Positions 26,111 to 35,038 of a stretch of DNA of 64,000 bases are shown here, piece after piece (the stretch's first letter is position 1; every line of letters starts with the position of its first letter). Origin of the DNA: a virus. A program made the translations under genes and the position numbers. The notes below the pieces were generated by a model. That model did no database searches and had not been told where the DNA came from. It saw only the letters and a list, made by a program, of their open reading frames with translations. The DNA lies in the IMG/VR virus record IMGVR_UViG_3300030098_006570, positions 32,001 through 96,000 of that record. One strand, given 5' to 3'.

Positions 26111-26344
26111 TTATAGAATATTTTTTAGCGCGTCGTTCAGGAAGTCTCGGAGATTCTCTATAGCTACATACTGCACTGCTTCCCGAATAGCACCATCAAG
26201 CTCTTCAAGAACACCTATTTCGGTTTGGCTTTTGCCGTATCTTTCGGCAGGAGTTCGCATATCGGGCTCTTCCTCTTCTGTTACGGCACCGAGTCCTATC
26301 TCTTCCTTGATGATTTCTCGTAATCTTTGTTTGGTGATTTTCAT
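26111..26344 (-). CDS. Leader-motif protein 1 (MKITKQRLREIIKEE..., 77 aa)
   Basis: True start at ATG 26344 with AGGAG SD. Leader DNA is nearly identical to that at 25658. Confidence 0.75.
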   Translation of the reverse strand: MKITKQRLREIIKEEIGLGAVTEEEEPDMRTPAERYGKSQTEIGVLEELDGAIREAVQYVAIENLRDFLNDALKNIL

Positions 26345-26352
26345 GACTTCTC

Positions 26353-27288
26353 CTACAGCGACATGGCAATTGTCAACAATAAATAGTTGTCCGGAGTGAT
26401 AAGAGTCGCATTTTCCAGGCATTTCTGGAATTGTCCCTTATTCATAGACCCGACGTCTTCGTTATCACCGATATCAACCTTCCAAACCTCGATATCAAAA
26501 TCCAGCAAAGTTTTGATAATTTCAAGCTCTTTCTTCTTTGCGTCAGGGTCTAGCGCCACATAAACTCCCGCGTCTTCTTTCACGATCCTACGGAGCAAAA
26601 CAGAGTTCTGATTTAATGTAGACCCCAGAATGGGGACTGCGTTCCTGCCCGCTGTAATGGCATCAAACACACCCTCTACCAGAATGATATCGGAACTCCA
26701 GTCCACAAATAAATCGTTGAAGACAATATTCTTGCTGACCGGAGGATTCTTGTACTTAGGATAGAACTTCTTGTCGTAGGAGCGAGACACAAAATATGTC
26801 AGATCGCCCTCTTCGTCAAACGACGGAATAATGATACGACCTTCGTACTCGCCACTGGCGCAGTAGCCCATCTTCCACCACATGATATCTTTCTTATCGA
26901 TACCGCGCTTGCGTAGATAGTTACGGGCCGCGAACCCTGTGGGTGGAACATCTTTGCTGGCCAGAGAAACAAAGCCCTCGGGCATCTCAACTACTTGCTT
27001 TTCTTCAATTGTCTCTGCGAAAAGATCTTCGAGCTTGTCATATTCAACAGCGTCAGTAAACTCTCGCCAAGCTGCCTTATCAGAGTGATTGCCGAAGCGG
27101 CGAATAACACGATAGATATTTTTACCACGCGTGTCGCATATCCAGCATTTGTAGTAGCCCTTAGCCACATTGACAGAAAACTTACGCTTATGATGATTAC
27201 AATAGGGACAAGCAAATAGATACTCATTGTTGGATCTGTACGCTGGCCCGAGGACGTTAGTTAGAATCTTGAGTTTCTTGGCTTTCAC
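26353..27288 (-). CDS. DNA primase (Zn finger + TOPRIM)
   Basis: CPYC...CWIC zinc-binding domain, YLRKRGI, RIIIP, LVEGVFDA, LDPDA. Probable GTG start at 27288. Confidence 0.9.
   Translation of the reverse strand: MKAKKLKILTNVLGPAYRSNNEYLFACPYCNHHKRKFSVNVAKGYYKCWICDTRGKNIYRVIRRFGNHSDKAAWREFTDAVEYDKLEDLFAETIEEKQVVEMPEGFVSLASKDVPPTGFAARNYLRKRGIDKKDIMWWKMGYCASGEYEGRIIIPSFDEEGDLTYFVSRSYDKKFYPKYKNPPVSKNIVFNDLFVDWSSDIILVEGVFDAITAGRNAVPILGSTLNQNSVLLRRIVKEDAGVYVALDPDAKKKELEIIKTLLDFDIEVWKVDIGDNEDVGSMNKGQFQKCLENATLITPDNYLLLTIAMSL
26378..26388 (-). promoter_or_regulatory. Putative late promoter (AACTATTTATT) for the leader-motif cassette
   Basis: CTATTTAT motif within the primase 3' end, about 34 nt upstream of ATG 26344. 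Confidence 0.6.
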
Positions 27289-27790
27289 GTATCCATCCCG
27301 CCTTTGCAATCACATAGCTATCCGAACGGTCGGCGTAGCCAGCCTTTGGATTACCATGTCTTGTGTATTCTATATCAAAGGAGGGTACGTTGTCAAGCAC
27401 AAACTGAAGCGCGACGGCTTTTGCCTTATGGCCCTTGGGAACCTTGATGCCACAACTTTTTCTAGCCGACGTAGCAGCGATATATTCGGGCTCGATTCCA
27501 AAAAGATTATAACATATCCATGAAACAATGCCATTTATTTTTGACAATAAAGATAATGTCTGTGCTGATGAAAATCCAGAGCGGAAAGACTGAAGGGACT
27601 GTTCCACATAAATGTGCTCAATAAAGTAATCATTTCGTATTGCCGCTAGCCGACCCTCAACCGCAGAACACTTCTGAAAGAAGTTCTTTTCTTTACGAAG
27701 ATCTATATGGTCGCAGACGACGATATTGCCGCTATTATCCAATATGGTGTAGCCAGTAATACTGGTTGAGATGTCAAGTCCTAAAATCAC
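27257..27790 (-). CDS. ruvC: RuvC-like Holliday junction resolvase
   Basis: ILGLDISTSITGY, IYVEQ and DRSDSYVIA catalytic acidic residues. Confidence 0.85.
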   Translation of the reverse strand: MILGLDISTSITGYTILDNSGNIVVCDHIDLRKEKNFFQKCSAVEGRLAAIRNDYFIEHIYVEQSLQSFRSGFSSAQTLSLLSKINGIVSWICYNLFGIEPEYIAATSARKSCGIKVPKGHKAKAVALQFVLDNVPSFDIEYTRHGNPKAGYADRSDSYVIAKAGWIRESQETQDSN

Positions 27791-29032
27791 TTAGATATCT
27801 AACTTAAGTTTGAAAGTAAAATCCCGTTGAGCGGTCTTCTTCACCGGGGTCGCAGGCTTCGCAATAGCGATAAGGTTTTGGTTCTTATCATAAATGCCAA
27901 TCTTGGAGATATAAGTAGTTTTCTCAAATGACCCAGTAGGATCATTATACGCGGAGCTAACCACATTTTTAATGCCTCGCTGGGGATTTTCCACATAGCC
28001 TTGAGGACTGAGAGAAAACTGGCTTCCGGATCCGGCATCCACAAAAGATGGATTATTAGAGTGATTGAGTTCTCCCTTCGGTGCAGTAGCAAAAAGGGTC
28101 ATGTTTTGAATCTTGCTTGTCCCGCTCATATGAAGTAAAAAGGCGCTGTTAGGAGCCCGGCTGCCGCTAGCTCCAACGGTTCCCTCAATAGACTGGGCAA
28201 AGTATCTCCAACGAGGACGATCTCCTCCCGTAACGTATAAATCTGTGAAAAGAGCGCTCTTGAGGGCGACCGAGCTGGTGAGTACAATAAACCCTTCATT
28301 GTACAAGACAAAACCAATAGCGCTTCCGCTAGCTGGAGATCCAGTATAGTTGTCGTAGAGCACGCCATCCCGATTAGTATCCTGGGCGCGGGCAAAAAGC
28401 GATCCGGTCCAATAATATTGAAGGTTAACGGAGCCGGGCTTGATCTGTGAGCCATAAAAGATTGAGGGAACACTAATGAGGCCGGTTGCTGTGTCATTGA
28501 GATCGCGGCGGAGCACAGAAGAAGAGTAAGCAATATAGGGGCTTACATAGGTATAATAATCTATAGTGTTTTTAAGCGCATGAAGATGAGAGACCGACCC
28601 ACTAGAGACAACGCCCTCCGGATATGTGACGCTGCTAGCTGTGAGAGCCGGGGTCACGTAACGGGGTGTCGTAGCCGTGTAATATTCTTTGGTAATCGAT
28701 GAGGTCTCAGGATAGGATCCCGAAATAATGTCGCCCACCTGGTAGTTACTCGCGTAATTTGCATTGGTGGTGGTACGAAACCCTATTCGAGTCCCGTCTT
28801 TGATAACGAATGGTGTGATGAGACCAGTTTTGGTAACGTCCCTATCAATGTTCATCTCAAACAAAGATATATGGCCCGGTGTGGTCATACGAATAGACCC
28901 AGTAAACGAACCAGAGATATTAGGAGTATTGTTAAAAGATGAAGTAAGGTTGTAAACGAAAAGTTTTACTTCCGGATACGTCTTTATCGTATTGATGTAA
29001 ACATCATTACTCGCAAACTTGTACAGTGGCAT
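27791..29032 (-). CDS. Baseplate/tail structural protein (413 aa)
   Basis: C-terminal TYISKIGIYD...LIAIAK.A.PVKK...FTFKLKLDI module, paralogous to the adjacent gene. Confidence 0.7.
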   Translation of the reverse strand: MPLYKFASNDVYINTIKTYPEVKLFVYNLTSSFNNTPNISGSFTGSIRMTTPGHISLFEMNIDRDVTKTGLITPFVIKDGTRIGFRTTTNANYASNYQVGDIISGSYPETSSITKEYYTATTPRYVTPALTASSVTYPEGVVSSGSVSHLHALKNTIDYYTYVSPYIAYSSSVLRRDLNDTATGLISVPSIFYGSQIKPGSVNLQYYWTGSLFARAQDTNRDGVLYDNYTGSPASGSAIGFVLYNEGFIVLTSSVALKSALFTDLYVTGGDRPRWRYFAQSIEGTVGASGSRAPNSAFLLHMSGTSKIQNMTLFATAPKGELNHSNNPSFVDAGSGSQFSLSPQGYVENPQRGIKNVVSSAYNDPTGSFEKTTYISKIGIYDKNQNLIAIAKPATPVKKTAQRDFTFKLKLDI

Positions 29033-29040
29033 TGCTCATC

Positions 29041-30138
29041 CTAGTAATCCAGCCGCACTCTAAGGGTAAATTCGTTGGTAGGATCTTTCTTGAGGGGCTC
29101 GGAAAGCTTAGCCACCGCCATCAGTTCATTGTCGGGCGAGTAAAGACCCACAGCGGTGGGATAGGCCACCGGGTTATCTTGAGAGTTGTTCTTCACTACC
29201 AGGCGACTGGAACTAAGATAGGTCTTGTTCGAGGAGTAATTGAATTCATTGTGGTTGGCCCGACAGAAGTAAACCGTGGAGTTCAGCTCCGTCGTATTGT
29301 TGAACTGAATATTGGCTACTCGGTGGCGCAAGAAGTTGCAGTTTCCGGAAATAGATGCCGAAACCATGCTGTTGCGAATGGGCTGGTCTTGAGAGCCAGT
29401 AGCTGCGTAATCCCAAACCACCATACCGCCGCCACTAGAACCAGATACCAACCCGCCGGCCTGGAAAACAGAAGCTGTGAGGACGGCAATCCCGGCCTGA
29501 TAATAAACAAGGCCAGCCAAAGAGCCCGTAGGATTCTTCGTGCCGATGCCAGCGCCACCACTCAGATAGAGAATGCCATATTCTCCAGCAGGGGAGTTGA
29601 CCTTATATACATTTTCGGCGTTGTAATCTCGCACCAATACTGTGGCTGTCATGGAAGAGGAAATACCAGCTGCTACGCCCAAAGTAAGATTGAAGCTCCC
29701 TTTCTTGATCTCATCTTTGGCGAGAAGACGAGTGAAGTTAATAAACACGGCCTCGTTAATCTTCTGGCCGCCCGTAAGATCCCCATCTTTATCAAAACGT
29801 CGTAGTTTTCCATTTTCATCAAAACCAACCAAGACCTGGGCCATTTCATTGTAAATGTTGATCTTTTTGGCGTTCTGAATAGCCGTAGACGATGAAAGAC
29901 TCGATGTGGCGGCATAACCAAAAGTAAGATCAAAAATATGGTTTGCGGAAGAACTCAAGTAAGGATAATCGTATACCGACTGGAACATTCCATGTGCATA
30001 GTTTTTGATGTTATTACCATTGGGGTACGTACCATAGGTACCCGAGATTATCGTACCCGTGATTGGAATAGACTCATGGAGGAGGTTGCGTGTTGAAACG
30101 ACATCGTTTGCGGTCAGTGTTTTGAATGAAGTTGCCAT
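29041..30138 (-). CDS. Baseplate/tail structural protein (365 aa)
   Basis: C-terminal EFNYSSN...TAVGLY...ELMAVAKLSEPLKK...LRVRLDY module. Confidence 0.7.
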   Translation of the reverse strand: MATSFKTLTANDVVSTRNLLHESIPITGTIISGTYGTYPNGNNIKNYAHGMFQSVYDYPYLSSSANHIFDLTFGYAATSSLSSSTAIQNAKKINIYNEMAQVLVGFDENGKLRRFDKDGDLTGGQKINEAVFINFTRLLAKDEIKKGSFNLTLGVAAGISSSMTATVLVRDYNAENVYKVNSPAGEYGILYLSGGAGIGTKNPTGSLAGLVYYQAGIAVLTASVFQAGGLVSGSSGGGMVVWDYAATGSQDQPIRNSMVSASISGNCNFLRHRVANIQFNNTTELNSTVYFCRANHNEFNYSSNKTYLSSSRLVVKNNSQDNPVAYPTAVGLYSPDNELMAVAKLSEPLKKDPTNEFTLRVRLDY

Positions 30139-30150
30139 ATTTCCTTACCT

Positions 30151-31131
30151 TTAGCTCGTAGATTTCACAAATCGTACGGGAATATCAATACTATATCCGG
30201 TATTGATGCCGGAGATTCGAATGGTGGAGTCAATGAAGCGATATGTGCCGGCATTGAGATTCTTTCCGCCATCTGCCGTCGCGTCATTAGTAATGTTGGC
30301 GCTTCCCAAGCTGCCGAGGGTCGTGAAAAGATAATCACTAGTGCGCAACTCTAGGCTTGATCCAATCCGCATTCCAAGCATTGTCCCCTTTGGGCCAGCG
30401 ATGGCCGAATCAATTGCAATGCTCGGGATGTTCTGCACAAAACCATTCGTGGTGTTTGCTGTAAAATAATAGTTAGCAATAGAATCATCGTCAATAAAAG
30501 ACGGCGTCGCCGGAGCTAACTGGACATTACTCGCTGCATTCGCTGTGGCAGTGCCTCCAGCGCCTGGGGGCGGGAAGATCTGACCCAGTCGATTGTCAAT
30601 CTGCACAATATACTGAGTCTCTACTAGGTCGTCCGAAAGGGGCTCTTCGGCCGATAGCTGATTCGTGTTGAGGCCCTGGTCCAGACGGATCTTTGAGGTA
30701 TCCGATCCTGGCCGGTATCCATTCAAAATTCCAGTTCCCAGAACTTTACCAAAATTATTGACAGTTGTTTCGTCAACGGGCACAATAAAAGTATTAGCAG
30801 CGTTCATTGCCACGCCAATACCAACGCGCTCATTGAGAACAATCTCAGGTAAATAGAGGATATCATTTCGGCCAATAGTGATAAGACGAGATTTCATACT
30901 AGAGATGTTGTTAGTAAAAGCTTCCAAAACAGGAGTCTGCAAAATCTGCAAATCGTAATAGGCCGATCCGCTGACATTATTCTTGTCATACAGGCCATAA
31001 TCGATCTCATCGTCGGCCAGTGCAAATTTGGAAATTTTAAAGCTACCGTCGCCCTTAGCCAAACGCATGCGGCCGGTATCTGTGAGTACAGCGTCCAAAA
31101 TAATGTCGCCCGAATTATCTAGAAATCCCAT
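30151..31131 (-). CDS. Baseplate/tail structural protein (326 aa)
   Basis: N-terminus MGFLDNSGDIILDAVLTDTGR..LA.G...I.KFALADDEIDY is typical of jumbo-phage baseplate/fibre-attachment proteins. Confidence 0.7.
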   Translation of the reverse strand: MGFLDNSGDIILDAVLTDTGRMRLAKGDGSFKISKFALADDEIDYGLYDKNNVSGSAYYDLQILQTPVLEAFTNNISSMKSRLITIGRNDILYLPEIVLNERVGIGVAMNAANTFIVPVDETTVNNFGKVLGTGILNGYRPGSDTSKIRLDQGLNTNQLSAEEPLSDDLVETQYIVQIDNRLGQIFPPPGAGGTATANAASNVQLAPATPSFIDDDSIANYYFTANTTNGFVQNIPSIAIDSAIAGPKGTMLGMRIGSSLELRTSDYLFTTLGSLGSANITNDATADGGKNLNAGTYRFIDSTIRISGINTGYSIDIPVRFVKSTS

Positions 31132-31151
31132 TGTCTATTCACCTCTCGTAA

Positions 31152-31162
31152 TATAAATAGTT
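31152..31162 (-). promoter_or_regulatory. Putative late promoter (AACTATTTATA)
   Basis: Intergenic, about 21 nt upstream of ATG 31131. Reads TATAAATAG on the opposite strand. Confidence 0.7.
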
Positions 31163-31181
31163 ATCACTTTAACTAATGTCT

Positions 31182-32456
31182 CTATGGATTTGTAACCCCA
31201 CTATTTTTGAACGTGATGTTCAAATCCAATTTTTTGCCTGTTTTTCTACTGATCAGGCGAACCTTGAACTTTTTATCCCACACTGCATCTGCAGCTGCAC
31301 CAATTTCATTATTGGGGGGTGCGGTTCCCAGAACTGCTGAGCCGGCGGCAATATTGGTGTTGGCCATCTCAAACACTTGCTGCAGTTGCGCGGGCTCAAT
31401 CGCAAGGAGGCGCCTTACTGCCACACTCTTTTTCTGAGGTTCGGTTTCAAATGTAAATAGTTTTTTGCGCAGAAACAACTGGCCGGCATTATCCACTAGT
31501 TCAATTTCAAAAACAAATGTGGGATTAGAGATATTCTGATGTCGATCGATGGAACGGGCGCAATAATAATAGCGCACGTTCGGTTCTATAAAGTCTAAGT
31601 GCGAAGCCCCAGTAGAAAACTTGTTAGGAGACAACTGCTCCTCTACTCGTGCAATTTCTTGATTTACAAAGTCACTATACGACGTTGGCTTGCGATTTAC
31701 TCGAAACACCTCATATGTGCGTACAGGATCATCTGAGGCATATTCGAGGGGTATTGTGAGGGTTCCGATCTGGTCTGGCGTAATAGTAATCCCTTTCTGG
31801 GAGTAGTATTCATCTACGATAAAGGTCTCGTCAGAAGCCTCTAACCGAATGGGGATAGTTGTGCGGCGGCCTATATTGGGAGCCAGCAAAATAAGAATCT
31901 TGTCATTCTCTCCCCTATAGGGGACAAATCGTATGTCGGGAGGTACTGGCGGCTTGTCGCTAATAAGACTTGTTACGGTAGCGTGTGGCAACAGTAAGGG
32001 GCGTACGTCGGAAACATTGGTTACTGACACCTGAGCCCTGGGAGGGCTGCCTAGGTTTTGTCCGTTTACTGTTCCCGCCACCGTATCACTGGCGGAGGTG
32101 CCATGTTCGCCCGTAACGAATTGAAGAGAAAAAGCGCGGCTAGCATTATTCTGAACTCTATACTCAACAACAAATTGCCTCTGATCTCTCATGTTGTTCC
32201 AGTTGTTTATGGCGGAGATGCCTACGGTTTGGGGTCCGGACTGATTGCTTGCTGGGTACGGCAACGGCCGGAGCCGGGCGTTGAGGGTGTATAACGTATC
32301 ATGAAGGCCATCTTCATAGATGTTGAGAAAGGCCTGATTTACGCGCGACACAAAAGACGTAACGGTCAGCTGCTCGTCTTGCTGCATAACTATAGGGCCA
32401 GCGGAGAACTTAGTTCCCGATGACTCCTCTACATCAATGTACCAATGATATCCCAT
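31182..32456 (-). CDS. Hypothetical virion protein with fibronectin-III-like segment (424 aa)
   Basis: PPVPP...YEVFR...D.IEPNVRYYYCARSID...NIS pattern, within the baseplate module. Confidence 0.6.
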   Translation of the reverse strand: MGYHWYIDVEESSGTKFSAGPIVMQQDEQLTVTSFVSRVNQAFLNIYEDGLHDTLYTLNARLRPLPYPASNQSGPQTVGISAINNWNNMRDQRQFVVEYRVQNNASRAFSLQFVTGEHGTSASDTVAGTVNGQNLGSPPRAQVSVTNVSDVRPLLLPHATVTSLISDKPPVPPDIRFVPYRGENDKILILLAPNIGRRTTIPIRLEASDETFIVDEYYSQKGITITPDQIGTLTIPLEYASDDPVRTYEVFRVNRKPTSYSDFVNQEIARVEEQLSPNKFSTGASHLDFIEPNVRYYYCARSIDRHQNISNPTFVFEIELVDNAGQLFLRKKLFTFETEPQKKSVAVRRLLAIEPAQLQQVFEMANTNIAAGSAVLGTAPPNNEIGAAADAVWDKKFKVRLISRKTGKKLDLNITFKNSGVTNP

Positions 32457-32470
32457 AGTTTATCCCAATC

Positions 32471-35038
32471 CTAATAAATAGAATTACCTATATCATTCAC
32501 CATATCGGACACGTCGCGGAAGCCCGAAACATCTGTAAATTCCGTGTCGTAGCCGTCGACCATGTCGGTCGGTGGTTCAAAGCCGCCCGTGCCGTATGGG
32601 GAGAGAGGATTAGTAACCGTTCCTGCCTGGGCGCCCCCATACATCTGGAATGGCGCCTGGGGGCCACCTTGGCCTCCGACGCCCAATTCCTGTAGAATCC
32701 TCTGCTCGAGGTTTCCGGCGGCGAGAGCACCTGCCTGCTCCACGTTCTCAAAAAGCTCTTGTATCCCGGCGATGCGGTCTCCTGGGCCTGGGTTGGTACC
32801 TTGACCGGTTGGGCCTGTTCCAGCAACCGGCGTCTGGCCAGAGAGATCAAATTGCGTTATTCCAGTAGGGGTGCCCTGCGCGGGCCCGGCAGTCAACTCC
32901 ACTCCTGGGAGCCCGAGGGCTGGGGCGGCAAACATGCCGCCGACGGCGCCCCCCGACGGGTTTCCTTCGAAGCCGTAACCCCTTTTAAAAATAAGATTGA
33001 CTCGATCTAGTTTTTCGGATTCACCGAAATCTGAGCCGGATGCAACATATTGCCACTGCTCTAACGTCAGAGAGTCTGCATTAGCTGGATCAACTGCAAA
33101 ATACCCCTTTAGCTGAGTAAAACTATTCGTGTCTGCATTGGGATTATAGTAGGGTCGGATCTCCTGCGAAACATAACTATCGGCAACCACAGAAGGGACC
33201 GTAGGACGATAGAACCCCAAAGCATTCCCAACTGCGCGGCCGTAGCCGGAAAACTCACTCGTATAAATCTGCAGATCATCATAGTAATAACGATTTCCAA
33301 ATACCACCCGGATCTGCTGAATATCGTACTGATAGCGCACCCCATAGCGAACCTGGGAATCAACATACTGCAATGGCCCTCCATCGACAATTCGAGGAGA
33401 AAGATAAATAGTTTGAGCCGGCTGAGAGGCGCGATTGCCCTGGGCATCTACCACATATTTGTCGACTTTGTATAGCAGTGTTTCGGAAAAAGCGCCCTCA
33501 TTCTGCGTTACCTCTTCCCAATTTCGCTGTGGTAGTACGATGGCGCCGGCGCCAATCTTATCGTAAAAGTCCTGAACGGCGTCGGGATCTGGCGGGTCGA
33601 AAACCGCATTATTCGAACTATCTGTGGTCCATCGGTCTGTGTCCGCATAGTTTCGCAACAACACCACGTTATCAATAGTACTGATAGTTGGCAGAGCACT
33701 GATATTCGTAGAAATTCTATCGGATAAGCTTTGAGCCGAAGAAGCTAGGACGTCGTCCCTACTAAGCGAATCTGTTGTGCATGCAGTAATCGGCATAGAA
33801 GAGACATTTTGAACAGGAGCATTCTGGGGGCCTGCGCGGAGGGCAAAGTCAATCGAACCTACTGGTGCGACGCCCTCAAGATGTTGAATGATGTGCATTT
33901 GAAGAATATCAATAAAGCTTTCTGCGTCAAAATCGGGTATGAGATACAGCCCCTGCAAAAAAGAATTTGCTGCTATGGGGCTCGGCGTGCCGGCCGGAGT
34001 CGGGGTGCCCCCTTCTGTCGCCCTAAACTCATCTTGCCCAATCTTAACAATATTATAAAATGGCAGAAATATTAAGCCCGATGTTATCCCGTCGCCCCTG
34101 GTAAGATTATTAATGGCCTCTACATCACTATTGAGCACCGCAATATTTTTAGCCATATTGGTAAACTGGACTTGCAATGCGTTGTAGTTTGTTTCACTAG
34201 CTTTGACAGCCGACAGTGACGTTGCATATGTTTGGTAGTAAGATTTTGATGTAGTTTCGGTATATCCACCTATATCTCCCACAAACCAATCCTCAATACG
34301 ATTGGGATTTCCCGTTTCGGCAAAGAGCGTAATCATTTTATAATAGTCAGTAGTATACGCCTGGCTGCCCGTATTTTGTAATTCTGCCTCAAAAACGTAA
34401 TAATTGGGCAACACCATCTCGGGCACATCAGCCGTGACATTTTCATAGGGAGGCATAGTGTCTAAGAACGTATTGTAGACAGGCTCCACATCAATTTCTA
34501 GCCCACCCTCTAAACGTTCTTCCATATCTTCTGAGGGCTTCAGATAGACAAAGGTATGATCAAGAAAACTCTCGCCAGGATTACTAAACACAGGCTCTAC
34601 GCTGCCATACTGAGATGGCATGCCCTCTTCGAGATAGTATGAATAATAGGGATTTCCCTCATTTATGCCAGGATCTTGTATGTACGCTCGAAGAAGGTTG
34701 TTTGTTGAATTAACAATGCTGGCGTTGTTCCACTCAGTGTTATCTGGCTCAAGAAGAAATGAATCTAATGTAGCCGGGGCGTTTCCCAAGTCAGTTACTG
34801 GTGCGGACGATAATTCTGTAACGTGTAGGGGGACCCCTACCGAAGTGTTGGTACTATAATTATCCCAGGTCTCAGATGCAAGATACTGACCCATGACTCC
34901 TCGGAACCTATCGTCAGTGCCCCAACTCTCTCTAATGAACTTGTTTCCCTGTGCACCTATGTTGTCGCGAGTTCTCGTCCCCAAGCGCTCACTGTTGGTA
35001 AGCAGCTGCGGGTCGCGTGTGAGAGGATCCTGTGACAT
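32471..35038 (-). CDS. Hypothetical virion protein (855 aa)
   Basis: Long acidic ORF in the baseplate module, with a YVDSQVRYGVRYQY Ig/FN3-like strand. Confidence 0.65.
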   Translation of the reverse strand: MSQDPLTRDPQLLTNSERLGTRTRDNIGAQGNKFIRESWGTDDRFRGVMGQYLASETWDNYSTNTSVGVPLHVTELSSAPVTDLGNAPATLDSFLLEPDNTEWNNASIVNSTNNLLRAYIQDPGINEGNPYYSYYLEEGMPSQYGSVEPVFSNPGESFLDHTFVYLKPSEDMEERLEGGLEIDVEPVYNTFLDTMPPYENVTADVPEMVLPNYYVFEAELQNTGSQAYTTDYYKMITLFAETGNPNRIEDWFVGDIGGYTETTSKSYYQTYATSLSAVKASETNYNALQVQFTNMAKNIAVLNSDVEAINNLTRGDGITSGLIFLPFYNIVKIGQDEFRATEGGTPTPAGTPSPIAANSFLQGLYLIPDFDAESFIDILQMHIIQHLEGVAPVGSIDFALRAGPQNAPVQNVSSMPITACTTDSLSRDDVLASSAQSLSDRISTNISALPTISTIDNVVLLRNYADTDRWTTDSSNNAVFDPPDPDAVQDFYDKIGAGAIVLPQRNWEEVTQNEGAFSETLLYKVDKYVVDAQGNRASQPAQTIYLSPRIVDGGPLQYVDSQVRYGVRYQYDIQQIRVVFGNRYYYDDLQIYTSEFSGYGRAVGNALGFYRPTVPSVVADSYVSQEIRPYYNPNADTNSFTQLKGYFAVDPANADSLTLEQWQYVASGSDFGESEKLDRVNLIFKRGYGFEGNPSGGAVGGMFAAPALGLPGVELTAGPAQGTPTGITQFDLSGQTPVAGTGPTGQGTNPGPGDRIAGIQELFENVEQAGALAAGNLEQRILQELGVGGQGGPQAPFQMYGGAQAGTVTNPLSPYGTGGFEPPTDMVDGYDTEFTDVSGFRDVSDMVNDIGNSIY
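32473..32483 (-). promoter_or_regulatory. Putative late promoter (TTCTATTTATT)
   Basis: CTATTTAT motif about 17 nt upstream of ATG 32456, overlapping the upstream stop region. Confidence 0.55.

Noticed and set aside
17052-27288. Inteins or introns in terminase, Mre11-Rad50 or primase
   Set aside because: Lengths are normal, motif spacing is uninterrupted, and no splicing or homing-endonuclease motifs were seen.
29026-29805. 259-aa plus-strand ORF and the many other antisense or nested ORFs in the track
   Set aside because: They are shadows of well-supported minus-strand genes and have no recognisable motifs.
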